Below, in pieces: positions 1-10,166 of a stretch of DNA of 64,000 nt. The stretch comes from Candidatus Micrarchaeia archaeon (GTDB lineage Archaea > Micrarchaeota > Micrarchaeia > Micrarchaeales > CABMGC01), in assembly GCA_049966395.1 (NCBI GenBank), contig JBMFUT010000002.1, forward strand, positions 10,583 to 74,582. Reading direction: 5' to 3'. A program made the position numbers and the translations under genes. The notes beneath the pieces are model-generated. The model was given only the letters and a program-made list of their open reading frames with translations, was not told the DNA's origin and searched no databases. Every line of letters starts with the position of its first letter. The stretch's first letter is position 1.

Positions 1-540
1 GCACATGCAAATTCAATCATAAGGGCAAACGAGCGCCTCAGCAAAGGCATTTCTGAAGATGACATTAAAGAAATCTCCCTCAGTGTCGCATTGTCCGCAA
101 TAAAATTCGAGTTCTTGAGGGTTTCACCAGAGAAAAAAATATTCTTCACTTGGGAGCGCGCTCTCAATTTCGAGGGCAATTCCGGGCCTTACTGTATGTA
201 CATGCACGCCAGGGCGTCAAGGATCCTCGAGAAAGCCGGAGCTTTCGACGCTTCTTCTGTAGACTATTCGCTGCTTTCAAGAGGCGCCGAGTTCGAGTTG
301 GTCAAGGCAATAGCAGATCTGCCTGAGCGCGCATCCAAGTCTTTCGCAGAGCTCAGGCCGAACATAATAACAGACTATGCCATAGAGCTCTCTTCTAAGT
401 TCAGCAAGTTCTACGAAGGAGTGCCAGTTCTCAAGGGCGGCGGCGCAAAGTCGGCAAGGCTGGCGATAGTCTATGCAGCAAGGTTTGCGCTGGCAAACGC
501 GCTTGCGCTTCTTGGCATAAGAGCAACAGAGCGCATGTAA
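1..540 (+). CDS. argS: arginyl-tRNA synthetase, C-terminal fragment (5' end lies outside the window)
   Basis: Frame 1 is open from nt 1 (AHANSIIRANERL...). The helical anticodon-binding-type C-terminus ends ...FALANALALLGIRATERM, with the terminal Met typical of class I ArgRS. Confidence 0.75.
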   Translation, partial: AHANSIIRANERLSKGISEDDIKEISLSVALSAIKFEFLRVSPEKKIFFTWERALNFEGNSGPYCMYMHARASRILEKAGAFDASSVDYSLLSRGAEFELVKAIADLPERASKSFAELRPNIITDYAIELSSKFSKFYEGVPVLKGGGAKSARLAIVYAARFALANALALLGIRATERM

Positions 541-592
541 CTCCCAGTGCGGCATAGCGCAGAAAACCAATTTGATGACAGCAGCACTTGCG

Positions 593-3091
593 CTAGCTAT
601 TGGCCTTGATGAATCCAATATTGGCGTCTATCCTTTCCAGCGTCTGCTTTACGCTTCTTTCTATGTCTGCCCTGCTGTTGCCCTTGGCAGAGAAGAAAGA
701 TGCTATATCATTCCTGGTCTTTGCTTCCGAGACAGTGCTGAGGTTGTCAACAAACCTCTGGAGCATGTGGGCGCCTTCGCTGTATTTCTTCATGAAAGAT
801 TCCCAGTTGCGCTTGGTCCATCCCCACAGTATCGACTTGCCCACAGGGTTAGAAGCCACGACAGACGGGATTGTCATCGAGTCCTGCAATTTGACGAATC
901 TGGATTTTGAGAACGCAAGCGCCTCACTAACGAGCTCCTCGCTGCCGAAGTATCCAAGCGCCCCGAGCAGCCTCACTTTCTCGTCGGGCCTTTCTTCGTT
1001 GTTGTATAATTTGACTATTTTGTCGAATGTTTTTTTGTCGCCATTGCGCGCAACTACTGCGTAAACCGCGCCCTTCAGGTCGGCGTCTATGCTTCCTATT
1101 CCGCTGCTAAACATCTTTTTTGCCGAATCAACGGCCTTCCTATCTCCAGAAATTCCGGCGGCAAGCAAAGCGGCTCCTCTTAGCTTGGAATCTGTTGTGC
1201 TTTCCCCCTTCCTCTTAGACAGGCCGAGCCTGCCAAGTATTGCGTTTGCAAAATTCCTCCTCAGCTCATTGACATCTTTGTAATATCTTTGGTTGTAGGA
1301 AAGCAGCGAAAGGAAGTTCAGTTCAGAGAGCAGCTCCGCGTTTGCTGGATAGCCTATGCCCATGCAGTACTCTGACACGAAGGTCATGTAATTGCTGAGC
1401 TTCATCCTGCCAGATCTTGTAGCAGCAAAGAGATCGCTCACGAGACTCCATGCGTCAAGCCCGTCTATCATGCCCTTCTTGACTAGCTCTCCTAGCTTTC
1501 CAACCGTCTTTTCGTCGTAGTCGCTCCTGTGGAAAGAAGACAGGCCGTAGTTGAGTTTTATCCATTCTGCGCCTGCCACTTTGGCCGACTTGCCTTTCAT
1601 GAGCATGCTCCCTTTTCCATTGTCCGTAATGTATGTTATTGGTATGGGCCATGGCTTGTCTTCTGCATAGCCTCCTATGAGGAACCTCTTTTGGTAAAGG
1701 CCTATGCTTTTGCCTGACTTCCTTTCTATTACTACAGGATATCCTTTCCTCTCTATCCATTCCTTCATGAGCCTAGAGACTCCCTTGACTGACCCGCGTG
1801 CCCTTGAAGCCTGGTCTATTGCAAGCCAAAGGTCCTGTTTCTCGGCGTTGCCGAAACTGTGTTTAGTCAAATACCTGTGCAACCCCTCCCTGAAGGCGTC
1901 CTTGCCTACGTAAGATTCGAGCATGTGAAGAATGCTGCCTCCCTTCTCGTAGCTTATATTGTCGAAGATGCTGTTTATTTCTGCAGGGGTCTTGACCTTG
2001 ACATTTATGGGATGCGTGTTCTTAAGTGCGTCTGCAGAAAGCGCAGTGCCGAAAACAGCCATGGCGTATTCAAGGCCTATGCGCCATTCCGGATAAAGCT
2101 CGTCCATCGCCTTGTAACTCATGAACGTGGCAAAACTCTCGTTGAGCCAAAGGTCGTCCCACCATTTCATTGTGACAAGATCCCCGAACCACTGGTGCGC
2201 AAGCTCGTGCATGACAACTTCGGCTACTCTCTGCTTGTTGGCAATTGGTGAGTCATCGGCAGCGAGCAGCGCAACCTCCCTGAAAGTTATGGCTCCCCAA
2301 TTCTCCATTGCGCCAGCTGCGAAGTCAGGTATTGCGATCAGGTCCACTTTGGGCAGCGGGTAGTTTATGCCGAAGTATTTCTGATAGTATGATATGGCCC
2401 TCTTTGCAAAATCAAGAGCGATGCCTCCAAGTGCCTTCTTTCCCGCAGTCGTAACTACTCTTATTGGCATGCCGCCAAGCTTGCCTTCAAGATATTCGAA
2501 TTTGCCGACGCCCATGTAGAGCAGGTAAGTCGACATGCGAGGCGTCTCCTCGAAGCGCACGGCCTTCTTGCTTCCTAATATTTCTACATTCTTTACGGGC
2601 ATGTTGGATATTGCTTCAAGCTCCTTGTCGACAACGAGGGTGAGATCAAAGATTGCTTTTGCCGAGGGTTCGTCTATGCATGGAAACGCTGCCCTTGCGT
2701 CTGCTGGCTCGAACTGCGTCGTGAGGAGGTAATTCTTCACGCCTTTGCAAGTGTAGCTGCTCCTGTAGAAGCCGTACATGCCGTCGTTGTTCTTGCCCTT
2801 GAAAGATATCATCACCTTGATCTTTCCCTCGACGGCTCTCGGAAGCGCCAGCTTCACAGTCTCCTTCTTCGCGTCATAGGATACTTTTGCATCAAAAGTC
2901 TTGCCATTTGATTCTGCGAATGCCTTTTTGATTTCGAGCTCCTTCGCATGCAGCAATAAAAAGGTGCTCTTCTTGACTCTCATCTCTATTGTCTCTTCGC
3001 CATCAAATGTGAATGCGCGCATGTCTGGCTCTATCCTCAAATCATAGCGCTCCGGTATTTCAAATCCGTATATAACTTCGGTCTTTTCCAT
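593..3091 (-). CDS. M1-family zinc aminopeptidase (tricorn-interacting factor F2/F3-like)
   Basis: 832 aa. Has the GAMEN exopeptidase motif (DFAAGAMENWG) and the zinc motif HELAHQWFGDLVTMKWWDDLWLNESFA (HEXXH-18-E). Confidence 0.9.
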   Translation of the reverse strand: MEKTEVIYGFEIPERYDLRIEPDMRAFTFDGEETIEMRVKKSTFLLLHAKELEIKKAFAESNGKTFDAKVSYDAKKETVKLALPRAVEGKIKVMISFKGKNNDGMYGFYRSSYTCKGVKNYLLTTQFEPADARAAFPCIDEPSAKAIFDLTLVVDKELEAISNMPVKNVEILGSKKAVRFEETPRMSTYLLYMGVGKFEYLEGKLGGMPIRVVTTAGKKALGGIALDFAKRAISYYQKYFGINYPLPKVDLIAIPDFAAGAMENWGAITFREVALLAADDSPIANKQRVAEVVMHELAHQWFGDLVTMKWWDDLWLNESFATFMSYKAMDELYPEWRIGLEYAMAVFGTALSADALKNTHPINVKVKTPAEINSIFDNISYEKGGSILHMLESYVGKDAFREGLHRYLTKHSFGNAEKQDLWLAIDQASRARGSVKGVSRLMKEWIERKGYPVVIERKSGKSIGLYQKRFLIGGYAEDKPWPIPITYITDNGKGSMLMKGKSAKVAGAEWIKLNYGLSSFHRSDYDEKTVGKLGELVKKGMIDGLDAWSLVSDLFAATRSGRMKLSNYMTFVSEYCMGIGYPANAELLSELNFLSLLSYNQRYYKDVNELRRNFANAILGRLGLSKRKGESTTDSKLRGAALLAAGISGDRKAVDSAKKMFSSGIGSIDADLKGAVYAVVARNGDKKTFDKIVKLYNNEERPDEKVRLLGALGYFGSEELVSEALAFSKSRFVKLQDSMTIPSVVASNPVGKSILWGWTKRNWESFMKKYSEGAHMLQRFVDNLSTVSEAKTRNDIASFFSAKGNSRADIERSVKQTLERIDANIGFIKANS

Positions 3092-3184
3092 TCGCTCGCC
3101 ATTTTCATTTCACTATTCATCACAAAAATGATAAATAGCAAACTGAATGCCTTGTGTAGGCAGATAAAAAAGCGCATTGAGTAG

Positions 3185-3872
3185 TCAGCGCATTGCCCCT
3201 TCGGCAAGCTCCTTGTTGGCTTCCTCCATGTCCTTGAGCGAGTCTATCGACCTCCAGTAAGAATCCGCGAATTCTGTAGCGTTTATCATCCCTTTAGGTG
3301 CGAGCTTCTCGAAAACATCCTTCTCGAGGCTCCCGTTCCTAGGCGCGAATTCGAACACCTTCCTGTCCATGAGGTATATTCCTGCATTTATCATGTGCTG
3401 CCTGAGCAGCGGCTTTTCCTCGAAGCCGAGAACCTTGCCCTGCTTTGCGACTACTATACCAAAAGGGCTCCTAAGTGGAACGAGGGCAATTGCAGCGATG
3501 GCACCATCTACAGAAAGCCTGCCTATGTCTATGTTTGTGAGGATGTCGCCATTTAGAGCATAGAATTTGCTGCCCTTCACAAGCCTTTCAGTGTTCTTCA
3601 GCGCGCCCCCAGTGCCAAGAGGCTCGCTTTCCTCCGCATATTTGAAATCAATACCAAAATCCTTAACCTTTCTTTTCAATATATTCAATAATCTGCTCCT
3701 TTTTGTAGCCCACTGTTATTACTGCCGTATCTACTCCTGCCCTAGCAAGCCATTCGCATTGCCATCCAATTATCGGCTTGCCCGCAATAGGTATCATGGG
3801 CTTTGGCATCTCTTCAGTTATAGGTCTAAGCCTTTTTCCGAAGCCGCCAGCAAGTATAACCGCTTCCATCAA
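3185..3872 (-). pseudogene. NDP-sugar pyrophosphorylase (glucose/mannose-1-phosphate nucleotidyltransferase family) interrupted by a 1-nt frameshift
   Basis: The N-terminal ORF (3663..3872) carries the nucleotidyltransferase signature [30 protein letters not shown]. The C-terminal ORF (3185..3688) continues with ...SEPLGTGGAL.... The two overlap by 26 nt in different frames at GAAAAGAAAGGTTAAGG. Confidence 0.7.
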
Positions 3873-3928
3873 AGCACCGTATAATATTCCAAAGTTATCT
3901 TTATAATGTTTGCATATTCAGCGCATGC

Positions 3929-5029
3929 CTATCTCAGGCTTTCGCAAAGCGTCTTAAATTTCTCCCTTATCCTTTTTTCAGAGAATTCCCTCAGTATGGA
4001 AGGTATGTTCTTCTGCAGCCTTGCAACAAGCTCAGGATTTTCGTCAAGCTCCCTTATGCGCTTTGCATATTTAGTTGGATCATCCTCTATTATAGCGTTG
4101 AAACCATTCCTGGCAGCGAAGCCCTGGAAGGCCACGCTGGTTCCAATCACTGGCTTGCCAGCGATAAGATAGTCAAGCACCTTTGACTTGAAGCCTGTTC
4201 CATGCATAAGCGGGGCAATGCAGAGGTCGGCTTCGCCAAGCCTCTTTTGCAGCTCTTCGTCAGTTATTTCGCCAAGGCATGAGAAGTTTCCGTGAGACCT
4301 TGCTGTGCATCCCCTTCCTACAACGTAGAATGTTTTGTTCGGCACCGCAGGTGCTATCTCTTCCTCTATTATGCGCGCCGCCTCAGCATTGGGCGGGTAG
4401 TCGCACGCGCCAACGAAAAGTATTTTCCTTATCCTTCTTATGGTCCTTGGCTTTCTCATTTTGCCCACCGGCAGCAGCTGCATGACGTAGCTCTTTTCCT
4501 TTGCCGAAGGTATTTCCTCAACGAGGCGCTTTCTGTCTTCTTCTGTAGGCAGTATGATGTGCGTTGAAACGCCTATCATTTTTTTGTAGATGTGCATCTG
4601 TCGCCACAGGTAAATTTTCTTCAGTATTGCCTTAACTGGCGCAGGCGCCCCGACACTGTCGACGCGAAGCGCGAAATTGTATATGACGTCAGGTGAATCC
4701 GTCAACACAACAATGCTGCATTTGTCTCCGTGCAGCCTGTTATACGCAGCTGCGACAGCGGCAAGCTCTCTGTCGAAAACTATGACAACCTTCGGATCGA
4801 ATTCGGCCAGTTCTTCAAGCATTCTCCTTCTTCCAGCAATGCCTGAAGATCCGAGCACGTGCTCCGTCATTCCTTGGACTCTTCTTGTGCTAAAACCCCT
4901 GCCAAGCGAAAATATCTCTTCTTTCGCGCTGCATATTTCGGCAAACAGTCGGGCAAGCCTCATAAGTGCCTTGTCATGCCCCGCAAGCGTCCCTAATGGC
5001 GCTTTTCTTATCAGGGCTACGCGCATCAT
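3929..5029 (-). CDS. glycosyltransferase, GT4/group-1 family
   Basis: 366 aa. The C-terminal half has the GT-B signature (...LGEADLCIAPLMHGTGFKSKVLDYLIAGKPVIGTSVAFQGF...). Confidence 0.7.
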   Translation of the reverse strand: MMRVALIRKAPLGTLAGHDKALMRLARLFAEICSAKEEIFSLGRGFSTRRVQGMTEHVLGSSGIAGRRRMLEELAEFDPKVVIVFDRELAAVAAAYNRLHGDKCSIVVLTDSPDVIYNFALRVDSVGAPAPVKAILKKIYLWRQMHIYKKMIGVSTHIILPTEEDRKRLVEEIPSAKEKSYVMQLLPVGKMRKPRTIRRIRKILFVGACDYPPNAEAARIIEEEIAPAVPNKTFYVVGRGCTARSHGNFSCLGEITDEELQKRLGEADLCIAPLMHGTGFKSKVLDYLIAGKPVIGTSVAFQGFAARNGFNAIIEDDPTKYAKRIRELDENPELVARLQKNIPSILREFSEKRIREKFKTLCESLR

Positions 5030-5166
5030 TGAATCGTATTAAGAATCAATTCAAACAATAAAAGCCTTTTGACCATATAGCATATGCAAGCGCAATCAAA
5101 TGCGTCTCTCAATGCACTCTGCCAAAAGGTTTTTAAGCATAGCGCAAAAGCGATATAAATAAGAAA

Positions 5167-6486
5167 ATGCTTAAAATTATCATGCGTGAAGCAACAATCT
5201 CCTCATCATCAGACGAGGCGCGGCTTAACAACGATTTCTACTCCAACAACTCTGAGCTATGCTTCAAGACAAGGGCCATGGGCGAGGACTACCAGAAAGC
5301 ATTCGCAGAATACCTGTACAAATACCTAGCCATTTCAGGCATCGAAAAACCGAGAATACTCGAGGTTGGAGCCAACAATATCAGGTTCGAGAGCGGAATC
5401 TACAAGAGGATAATGGAACTGGATGCGCGCAACCGCACCGATTTCGCGGAAGCAGCAACTTATACCATAATGGACATATCAAAAGCTGCCATAACGGAAG
5501 CGAAAGAAAGTCTAACTAGTACTGAGACCTTCAAGACATTGCTTAGGATAGGCGACGTCACAAAGGGAATATACGGCAATTACGACGTCATAATAGCAAA
5601 CGAGCTCTTCGACGACCTCGGCCACGAGGTTGTTGCAAAGATCGGGGGCAAAGCCTATTTTGTAAACTATGCTGTCAGGGTTTCATACACTTCCGATCCG
5701 CTTTTTGAGCCACTCTGGCCGGTTGTAATAGAGGTTTCAGGCCACGGCGAGGTTGACGATGCGACATATGCTAGGTACGGCGACTTGATTGGCATGATGG
5801 AAAACGGCAGGGTGTGGTCTTTCTCAGAAAACGTCGACAGGGCAATATCAAACATGGCGGAAGCGCTGAACAGCGGAGGCATGCTATGGATGCACGACTA
5901 CGGTTTGCTTTACCCTGCGCCAAAGGCTTATTCAAACGGCATAAGGCGCCTCTTCGCTCCAAGCGTAGAATCGGCTATGCTGAGCATAGAGAACGGCGAC
6001 CACCTTGGCTACCAGGTAACTACAGATGTAAACTTCATGCAAGTGGCAATGAGCGTTTCTGCGTCAGGCATGAGCATAGCAAAGATGGAAGACCACGAGC
6101 TTTTCGTCGGAAGGAAGGACGGCAGACTAAACATAAGCTCAATAGCCATTGCCGCTGCTCTTGACAATATGCCGGATTGGAAGCTTGAGCTCATAGAGTC
6201 GATGCTAGGCATAAGGGACATAGGAGGGCCCAGGCTCAGCATCGTTTCATTCCTGAATTCGCGCTTCTCCAACGCGCTCCTGCTTTCCGAAGGGCGTATA
6301 CTGCCGAGGAGCGAGTCGATATTAGATCTGTCAAAGCTCGGCTCCGCCGCAGAAAATCTTTACAATGAGATTAGTGCATCATTCTATTCAAAAGGAATAA
6401 AGAGAACTGTCAACGCATCGCCACTGGTAGATATAGCGGCGATAAAGGAGGGCAATGCCGATCTCACTGAATTGCTGAGGGCGTAG
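5167..6486 (+). CDS. hypothetical protein, weak class I SAM-methyltransferase / MidA(DUF185)-like features
   Basis: 439-aa ORF. Only weak motifs support the function (ILEVGAN..., VIIANELFDDLGHEVV). Coding status is good, function uncertain. Confidence 0.3.
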   Translation: MLKIIMREATISSSSDEARLNNDFYSNNSELCFKTRAMGEDYQKAFAEYLYKYLAISGIEKPRILEVGANNIRFESGIYKRIMELDARNRTDFAEAATYTIMDISKAAITEAKESLTSTETFKTLLRIGDVTKGIYGNYDVIIANELFDDLGHEVVAKIGGKAYFVNYAVRVSYTSDPLFEPLWPVVIEVSGHGEVDDATYARYGDLIGMMENGRVWSFSENVDRAISNMAEALNSGGMLWMHDYGLLYPAPKAYSNGIRRLFAPSVESAMLSIENGDHLGYQVTTDVNFMQVAMSVSASGMSIAKMEDHELFVGRKDGRLNISSIAIAAALDNMPDWKLELIESMLGIRDIGGPRLSIVSFLNSRFSNALLLSEGRILPRSESILDLSKLGSAAENLYNEISASFYSKGIKRTVNASPLVDIAAIKEGNADLTELLRA

Positions 6487-6772
6487 CATGTGTGCAGGCA
6501 ATTATACTGCCAAGCCGATATTATAATAGTATTATAATAATGCCGGAGCGGCAAAGGAAGCGAACAAATATAAGCTTTGCATGCGAAGTATTACCTGCAA
6601 GGCAACAGATGGAATGCACGCAACGCCAAATAATCAACGGCATTGCCGTTTTGGCCATGCAAAATTGAAAAATAGCATTTCGTCGAAGGCATTCGTCTAT
6701 AGCAGAAGTATGGTATAACAATCGTCGATTATCGGCGAATGTCATATAAAAAAAATGTTAAACATATGAGCA

Positions 6773-6784
6773 GTATTTAAATAC
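6773..6784 (+). promoter_or_regulatory. TATA box (GTATTTAAATAC) upstream of the S-layer-like gene
   Basis: Palindromic TTTAAATA-type element about 45-55 nt upstream of the ATG at 6829, inside a 340-bp AT-rich intergenic region. Confidence 0.4.
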
Positions 6785-6828
6785 TTTGCTTTTGAATAAC
6801 ATCTCAACAAAAATGTTTAAGTGATAGC

Positions 6829-9800
6829 ATGAAAAGTATAAACGCGAAGAGAATAGCCGCTATCGCGGCAAGCTTGATAGTAGGTCTTGCATTCGCAGGA
6901 CCAGTCTCTTTCCAGAACGTGCCCATAATAAACAACGCAGGCCAGCCAGTAGTGCAGATAGTCGTAGGTTCAACAGCAATGCCTAGCGACGGCGTAGTGG
7001 CTGCAAACATAGCTGCGGTAATAGGCAATCTGGCGTACACATCCACACCAATAACAGCGACAGTGAATGGCAAGGGCGCAGTGAGCTGCGCAGTAACAAC
7101 GCCAACATGCACGCTGAGCAACCAGCAAGTCTGGCTTGGCGAAAAAGGAGTGGTAGTGCCTACAGGCAGCTATAAGATAAGTACATTAATAGGATCAATA
7201 ATGAACAGCGGAGTGCTGAACTACAACACGCTCTCAAGCACAAAGACATTGGACACCTCAGGCACATACTCATATCCAGAAGGATCTTCAGCGCCATATG
7301 CAATATCTACTTCACCAACCCAGAGCGTCTTCACGGGCATAACATCATACAACCCAATACCAGTAAACCAGAGCGCATTGGCAGGAACTAACGGCGGAGG
7401 CATGAGCTTCTCGCAGTTCTCTTCATACTTTAACGGAAACTACTCCGACAACATAGTGCAGCTGACAAACGCGCAGGTTCCAGGTCTGATGTCAAGCAGC
7501 GGACCAAACTCTGAGTCAGAATACCTATGGCTCATGGGCTTCCCTGTATACGACCAGGCGCTGAACAACTTCGCTTTGCTTGACGCAAACGGAGCTTATC
7601 AAGTGACATTCGGCACACCAGTGCCACTCTACTCTGGCACTACAAGCGCGTACAAGTCAATAACATTCCTAGGAGAAAACTGGACAATATATGGCGGAAC
7701 TCCGCCATCAGTATCCACACTTCCATCATCAAGCGAGTACGTAGTCGGAGGAAAGCTTGAACTTGCACAGTCAATAACTCCAGTGCAGACAGTCTACGTC
7801 GGCCACAACATAACATCAGGACCAATAGAAGTGGTACTGCAAGACTTGTCATACCCTAACAGCTCAGGAGGCAGCAAGGCAGCAATCGCGGTATACAACC
7901 ACGGCGTGCTGACAAACGAGACGGCAATACCTCCATACACAGTCTATCCTGTAAACAGCAGCGGCACAACGCTATACATAGGCGTAGGGCAGACATTCCC
8001 AGGCCTTTATGCATACCAGAAGTGGGCAAAGATACAGCTCTTCAGCAACGTCTTCAACATAACATCAGGAAAGAACTTCAACTCTAACAACAACGACTGG
8101 CTTGCAGCGATAAGGTGGACAACGAACCAGTCAACAGCACCAAGCGCATGGGGCAACTACGCCGAGCTTCAGGGCATAATACTCTACAGCAACTCTTCTA
8201 AATCACAGACAATGGTGCCAGGATCGTCATTCACATTCATACAAAACCCAGCAGTATGGAAGTTCAACTTCCTGGGCGACTCTTTGGGTGCGCCTGGAAG
8301 CGGCAACTCAAACTACGACCCTCTGACATTCTCAACAGCAACAAGCACAGCAGGCACGACATACCAGAACCCAAGTGGTCAATCTGGTCAAGCGCCGCAA
8401 GCAAATACATATAAATGGACCAATGCTGGCAGCTTTACAGCAGTAACTGGTAGTTCAATAATAATGGCATACGGCAACACAACAGCAATAACAGAGCCAA
8501 CAAGCCAGTTCACAGTGTCAAGCTCTGTGCCTACAGCATTCACAATAAAGCCTCCGGCAGGAACGCCAGCACCATCTTCAAGCCTTGGCAGCGTTACATA
8601 CAACCTTGACACATACGAACTAACGCAGTCCAATGTAGTCGAATCGAACTCGCTCACTGCAGCAAATGGAGCCGCAAACCCGGGATTGATAGTAGTTCTA
8701 AGTCTAAACTCAGGACTTGATCCCAACTACATAACAAGCTCCAATCCACTAACAGTCAAGATATCAGGCTACAAGGGAGGAACACCGACATCTGGAGGAA
8801 CAGTGCAGTTCACCTCAGGCACCTCAGGCTTGACACAAACAACATCACAGGTACTAGACAACATAACAAACATACAACTCAGCTATCCACTTCCAGCACC
8901 AGGCGTAAGTATATCTGTATACGAAACCGCCAACACACTAAATCCGGCTTCTGCCAATGTGCCCTTGGCAACACTATCATACTATGGCCCGACAGTAATG
9001 TACTCAGTGCCTAACTACAACTACGAAATCTCTGCACCAGCAAGCACAACAACGGTAGACTACGGCGAGGAGAGCGGTGCGCAAGTGCCTTTCACACTGA
9101 CTGCAAATGTGCCAACCACCACACAAACAGCGCCATACCAATACTTCACATACAACATGCCTGAAATAACACTGCCTTCAACAACAACGCCAAACGCATA
9201 TGTCTATCTCGGCTTGATGAACCAGTCAAGCGTGGCAGATCCAACACCACTCTACTGGCTCAACCAGACAAACAGCGACAACAACGCAATGACCTACACA
9301 AGCTCGCAGGGCCACACAGTAAAGGCCGTGCAGGGCTTCAGGACAGAGCGCGGCAGCGAAGTGGCTGCAATATCGCCAACATCAGTGACATACGACATGG
9401 CGAAGGCGGTAGACGCACTGGAATTTGTGGTAGGGCCATACTCTTCGGCAGTCAGCTCAACAACAAAGACATACGGGCCATACGGAGTAGGGCAGGCAAC
9501 TAACATACCAAACGTAACAATAGCGCAGGTGAACGCCTCATGCAGCTTCTCTTCAACAAGCTGCAGCGTAACAGGGCTGAGCAACCTGACAGCAACGCCT
9601 TCAGTGACAAGCGCCACAACGCCTGTAACACTGAACACAGCAACAACGCCACTCGCAGTGCTCGACAGCAACGCAAACCAGGCTGCAACATTGATAGTCG
9701 TGGGCAGCAAGTACGTGAACAGCGTAGCATCGCAGATATTCGCGCAGAACCCAAGCCTCGACAGCAGCTTCGGCCCAGGATCAGTGATAGTGCAGGCATT

Positions 9801-9900
9801 CGGCACAAACCGCATACTGGTCGCAGGATACACGGCAAACCAGACAGTGACTGCAGGAAACGAGTTCATACAGGACCTGCTCACAGCGGCTGGACAGTAA
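6829..9900 (+). CDS. large secreted surface (S-layer-like) glycoprotein
   Basis: 1023 aa. Sec-type signal peptide (MKSINAKRIAAIAASLIVGLAFAGP). Composition is very Thr/Ser/Asn/Gly/Pro-rich with almost no charged residues, and there are numerous N-X-S/T sequons. The C-terminal ...LIVVGSKYVNSVA...ILVAGYTANQT... segment resembles a cell-surface anchoring module. A strong promoter and terminator flank the gene. Confidence 0.6.
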   Translation: MKSINAKRIAAIAASLIVGLAFAGPVSFQNVPIINNAGQPVVQIVVGSTAMPSDGVVAANIAAVIGNLAYTSTPITATVNGKGAVSCAVTTPTCTLSNQQVWLGEKGVVVPTGSYKISTLIGSIMNSGVLNYNTLSSTKTLDTSGTYSYPEGSSAPYAISTSPTQSVFTGITSYNPIPVNQSALAGTNGGGMSFSQFSSYFNGNYSDNIVQLTNAQVPGLMSSSGPNSESEYLWLMGFPVYDQALNNFALLDANGAYQVTFGTPVPLYSGTTSAYKSITFLGENWTIYGGTPPSVSTLPSSSEYVVGGKLELAQSITPVQTVYVGHNITSGPIEVVLQDLSYPNSSGGSKAAIAVYNHGVLTNETAIPPYTVYPVNSSGTTLYIGVGQTFPGLYAYQKWAKIQLFSNVFNITSGKNFNSNNNDWLAAIRWTTNQSTAPSAWGNYAELQGIILYSNSSKSQTMVPGSSFTFIQNPAVWKFNFLGDSLGAPGSGNSNYDPLTFSTATSTAGTTYQNPSGQSGQAPQANTYKWTNAGSFTAVTGSSIIMAYGNTTAITEPTSQFTVSSSVPTAFTIKPPAGTPAPSSSLGSVTYNLDTYELTQSNVVESNSLTAANGAANPGLIVVLSLNSGLDPNYITSSNPLTVKISGYKGGTPTSGGTVQFTSGTSGLTQTTSQVLDNITNIQLSYPLPAPGVSISVYETANTLNPASANVPLATLSYYGPTVMYSVPNYNYEISAPASTTTVDYGEESGAQVPFTLTANVPTTTQTAPYQYFTYNMPEITLPSTTTPNAYVYLGLMNQSSVADPTPLYWLNQTNSDNNAMTYTSSQGHTVKAVQGFRTERGSEVAAISPTSVTYDMAKAVDALEFVVGPYSSAVSSTTKTYGPYGVGQATNIPNVTIAQVNASCSFSSTSCSVTGLSNLTATPSVTSATTPVTLNTATTPLAVLDSNANQAATLIVVGSKYVNSVASQIFAQNPSLDSSFGPGSVIVQAFGTNRILVAGYTANQTVTAGNEFIQDLLTAAGQ

Positions 9901-9923
9901 TCCCGATACAAATAGCAAGTTGA

Positions 9924-9958
9924 GAAGCCCATTTTGGGCTTCCTTTTTCTTTTTATTT
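9924..9958 (+). terminator. hairpin plus oligo-T terminator after the S-layer-like gene
   Basis: GAAGCCC-ATTTT-GGGCTTC hairpin followed by CTTTTTCTTTTTATTT. Confidence 0.55.
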
Positions 9959-10130
9959 AAGCCCTTTAGCGTCAGCCATGCGCGGCTTCTTCAAATTGGC
10001 AATATTCAAGCATTTCAAAATAGGTATTGGCATTGGGCAATGACCGCAGTGCCTAATGGCTATTGCATTCAAAGCGAATTCTTGCGCAATCTTCCGTCAG
10101 CGTTGTTCCGGCTCATGCATTCAAGAAACC

Positions 10131-10143
10131 TTTAAAAATATTT
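10131..10143 (+). promoter_or_regulatory. TATA box (TTTAAAAATATTT)
   Basis: Lies 24-36 nt upstream of the ATG at 10167, which suggests a leaderless transcript. Confidence 0.45.
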
Positions 10144-10166
10144 ACTGCAATATTATTGTGACCTTT

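Noticed and set aside
600-2732. A series of plus-strand ORFs (600..1064, 1089..1283, 1529..1717, 1859..2251, 2121..2363, 2535..2732) inside the aminopeptidase gene
   Set aside because: They are antisense or out-of-frame shadows of a strongly supported 832-aa M1 peptidase. Their composition is low-complexity Ser/Leu/Pro-rich and they have no motifs. The same reasoning applies to the many short overlapping ORFs inside serS, aRF1, EF-2, the P-type ATPase, glyS and others.
6521-6745. 74-aa minus ORF in the AT-rich region upstream of the S-layer-like gene
   Set aside because: It has no motif, an odd composition and no promoter or coupling context. The region is better explained as regulatory or intergenic.
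9294-9932. 212-aa minus-strand ORF and neighbouring ORFs (9500..9838 minus, 9540..9923 plus) at the 3' end of the S-layer-like gene
   Set aside because: They overlap the well-supported 1023-aa secreted protein entirely. Their Cys/Arg/Leu-rich composition is typical of an antisense translation of a Thr/Ser/Ala-rich gene.
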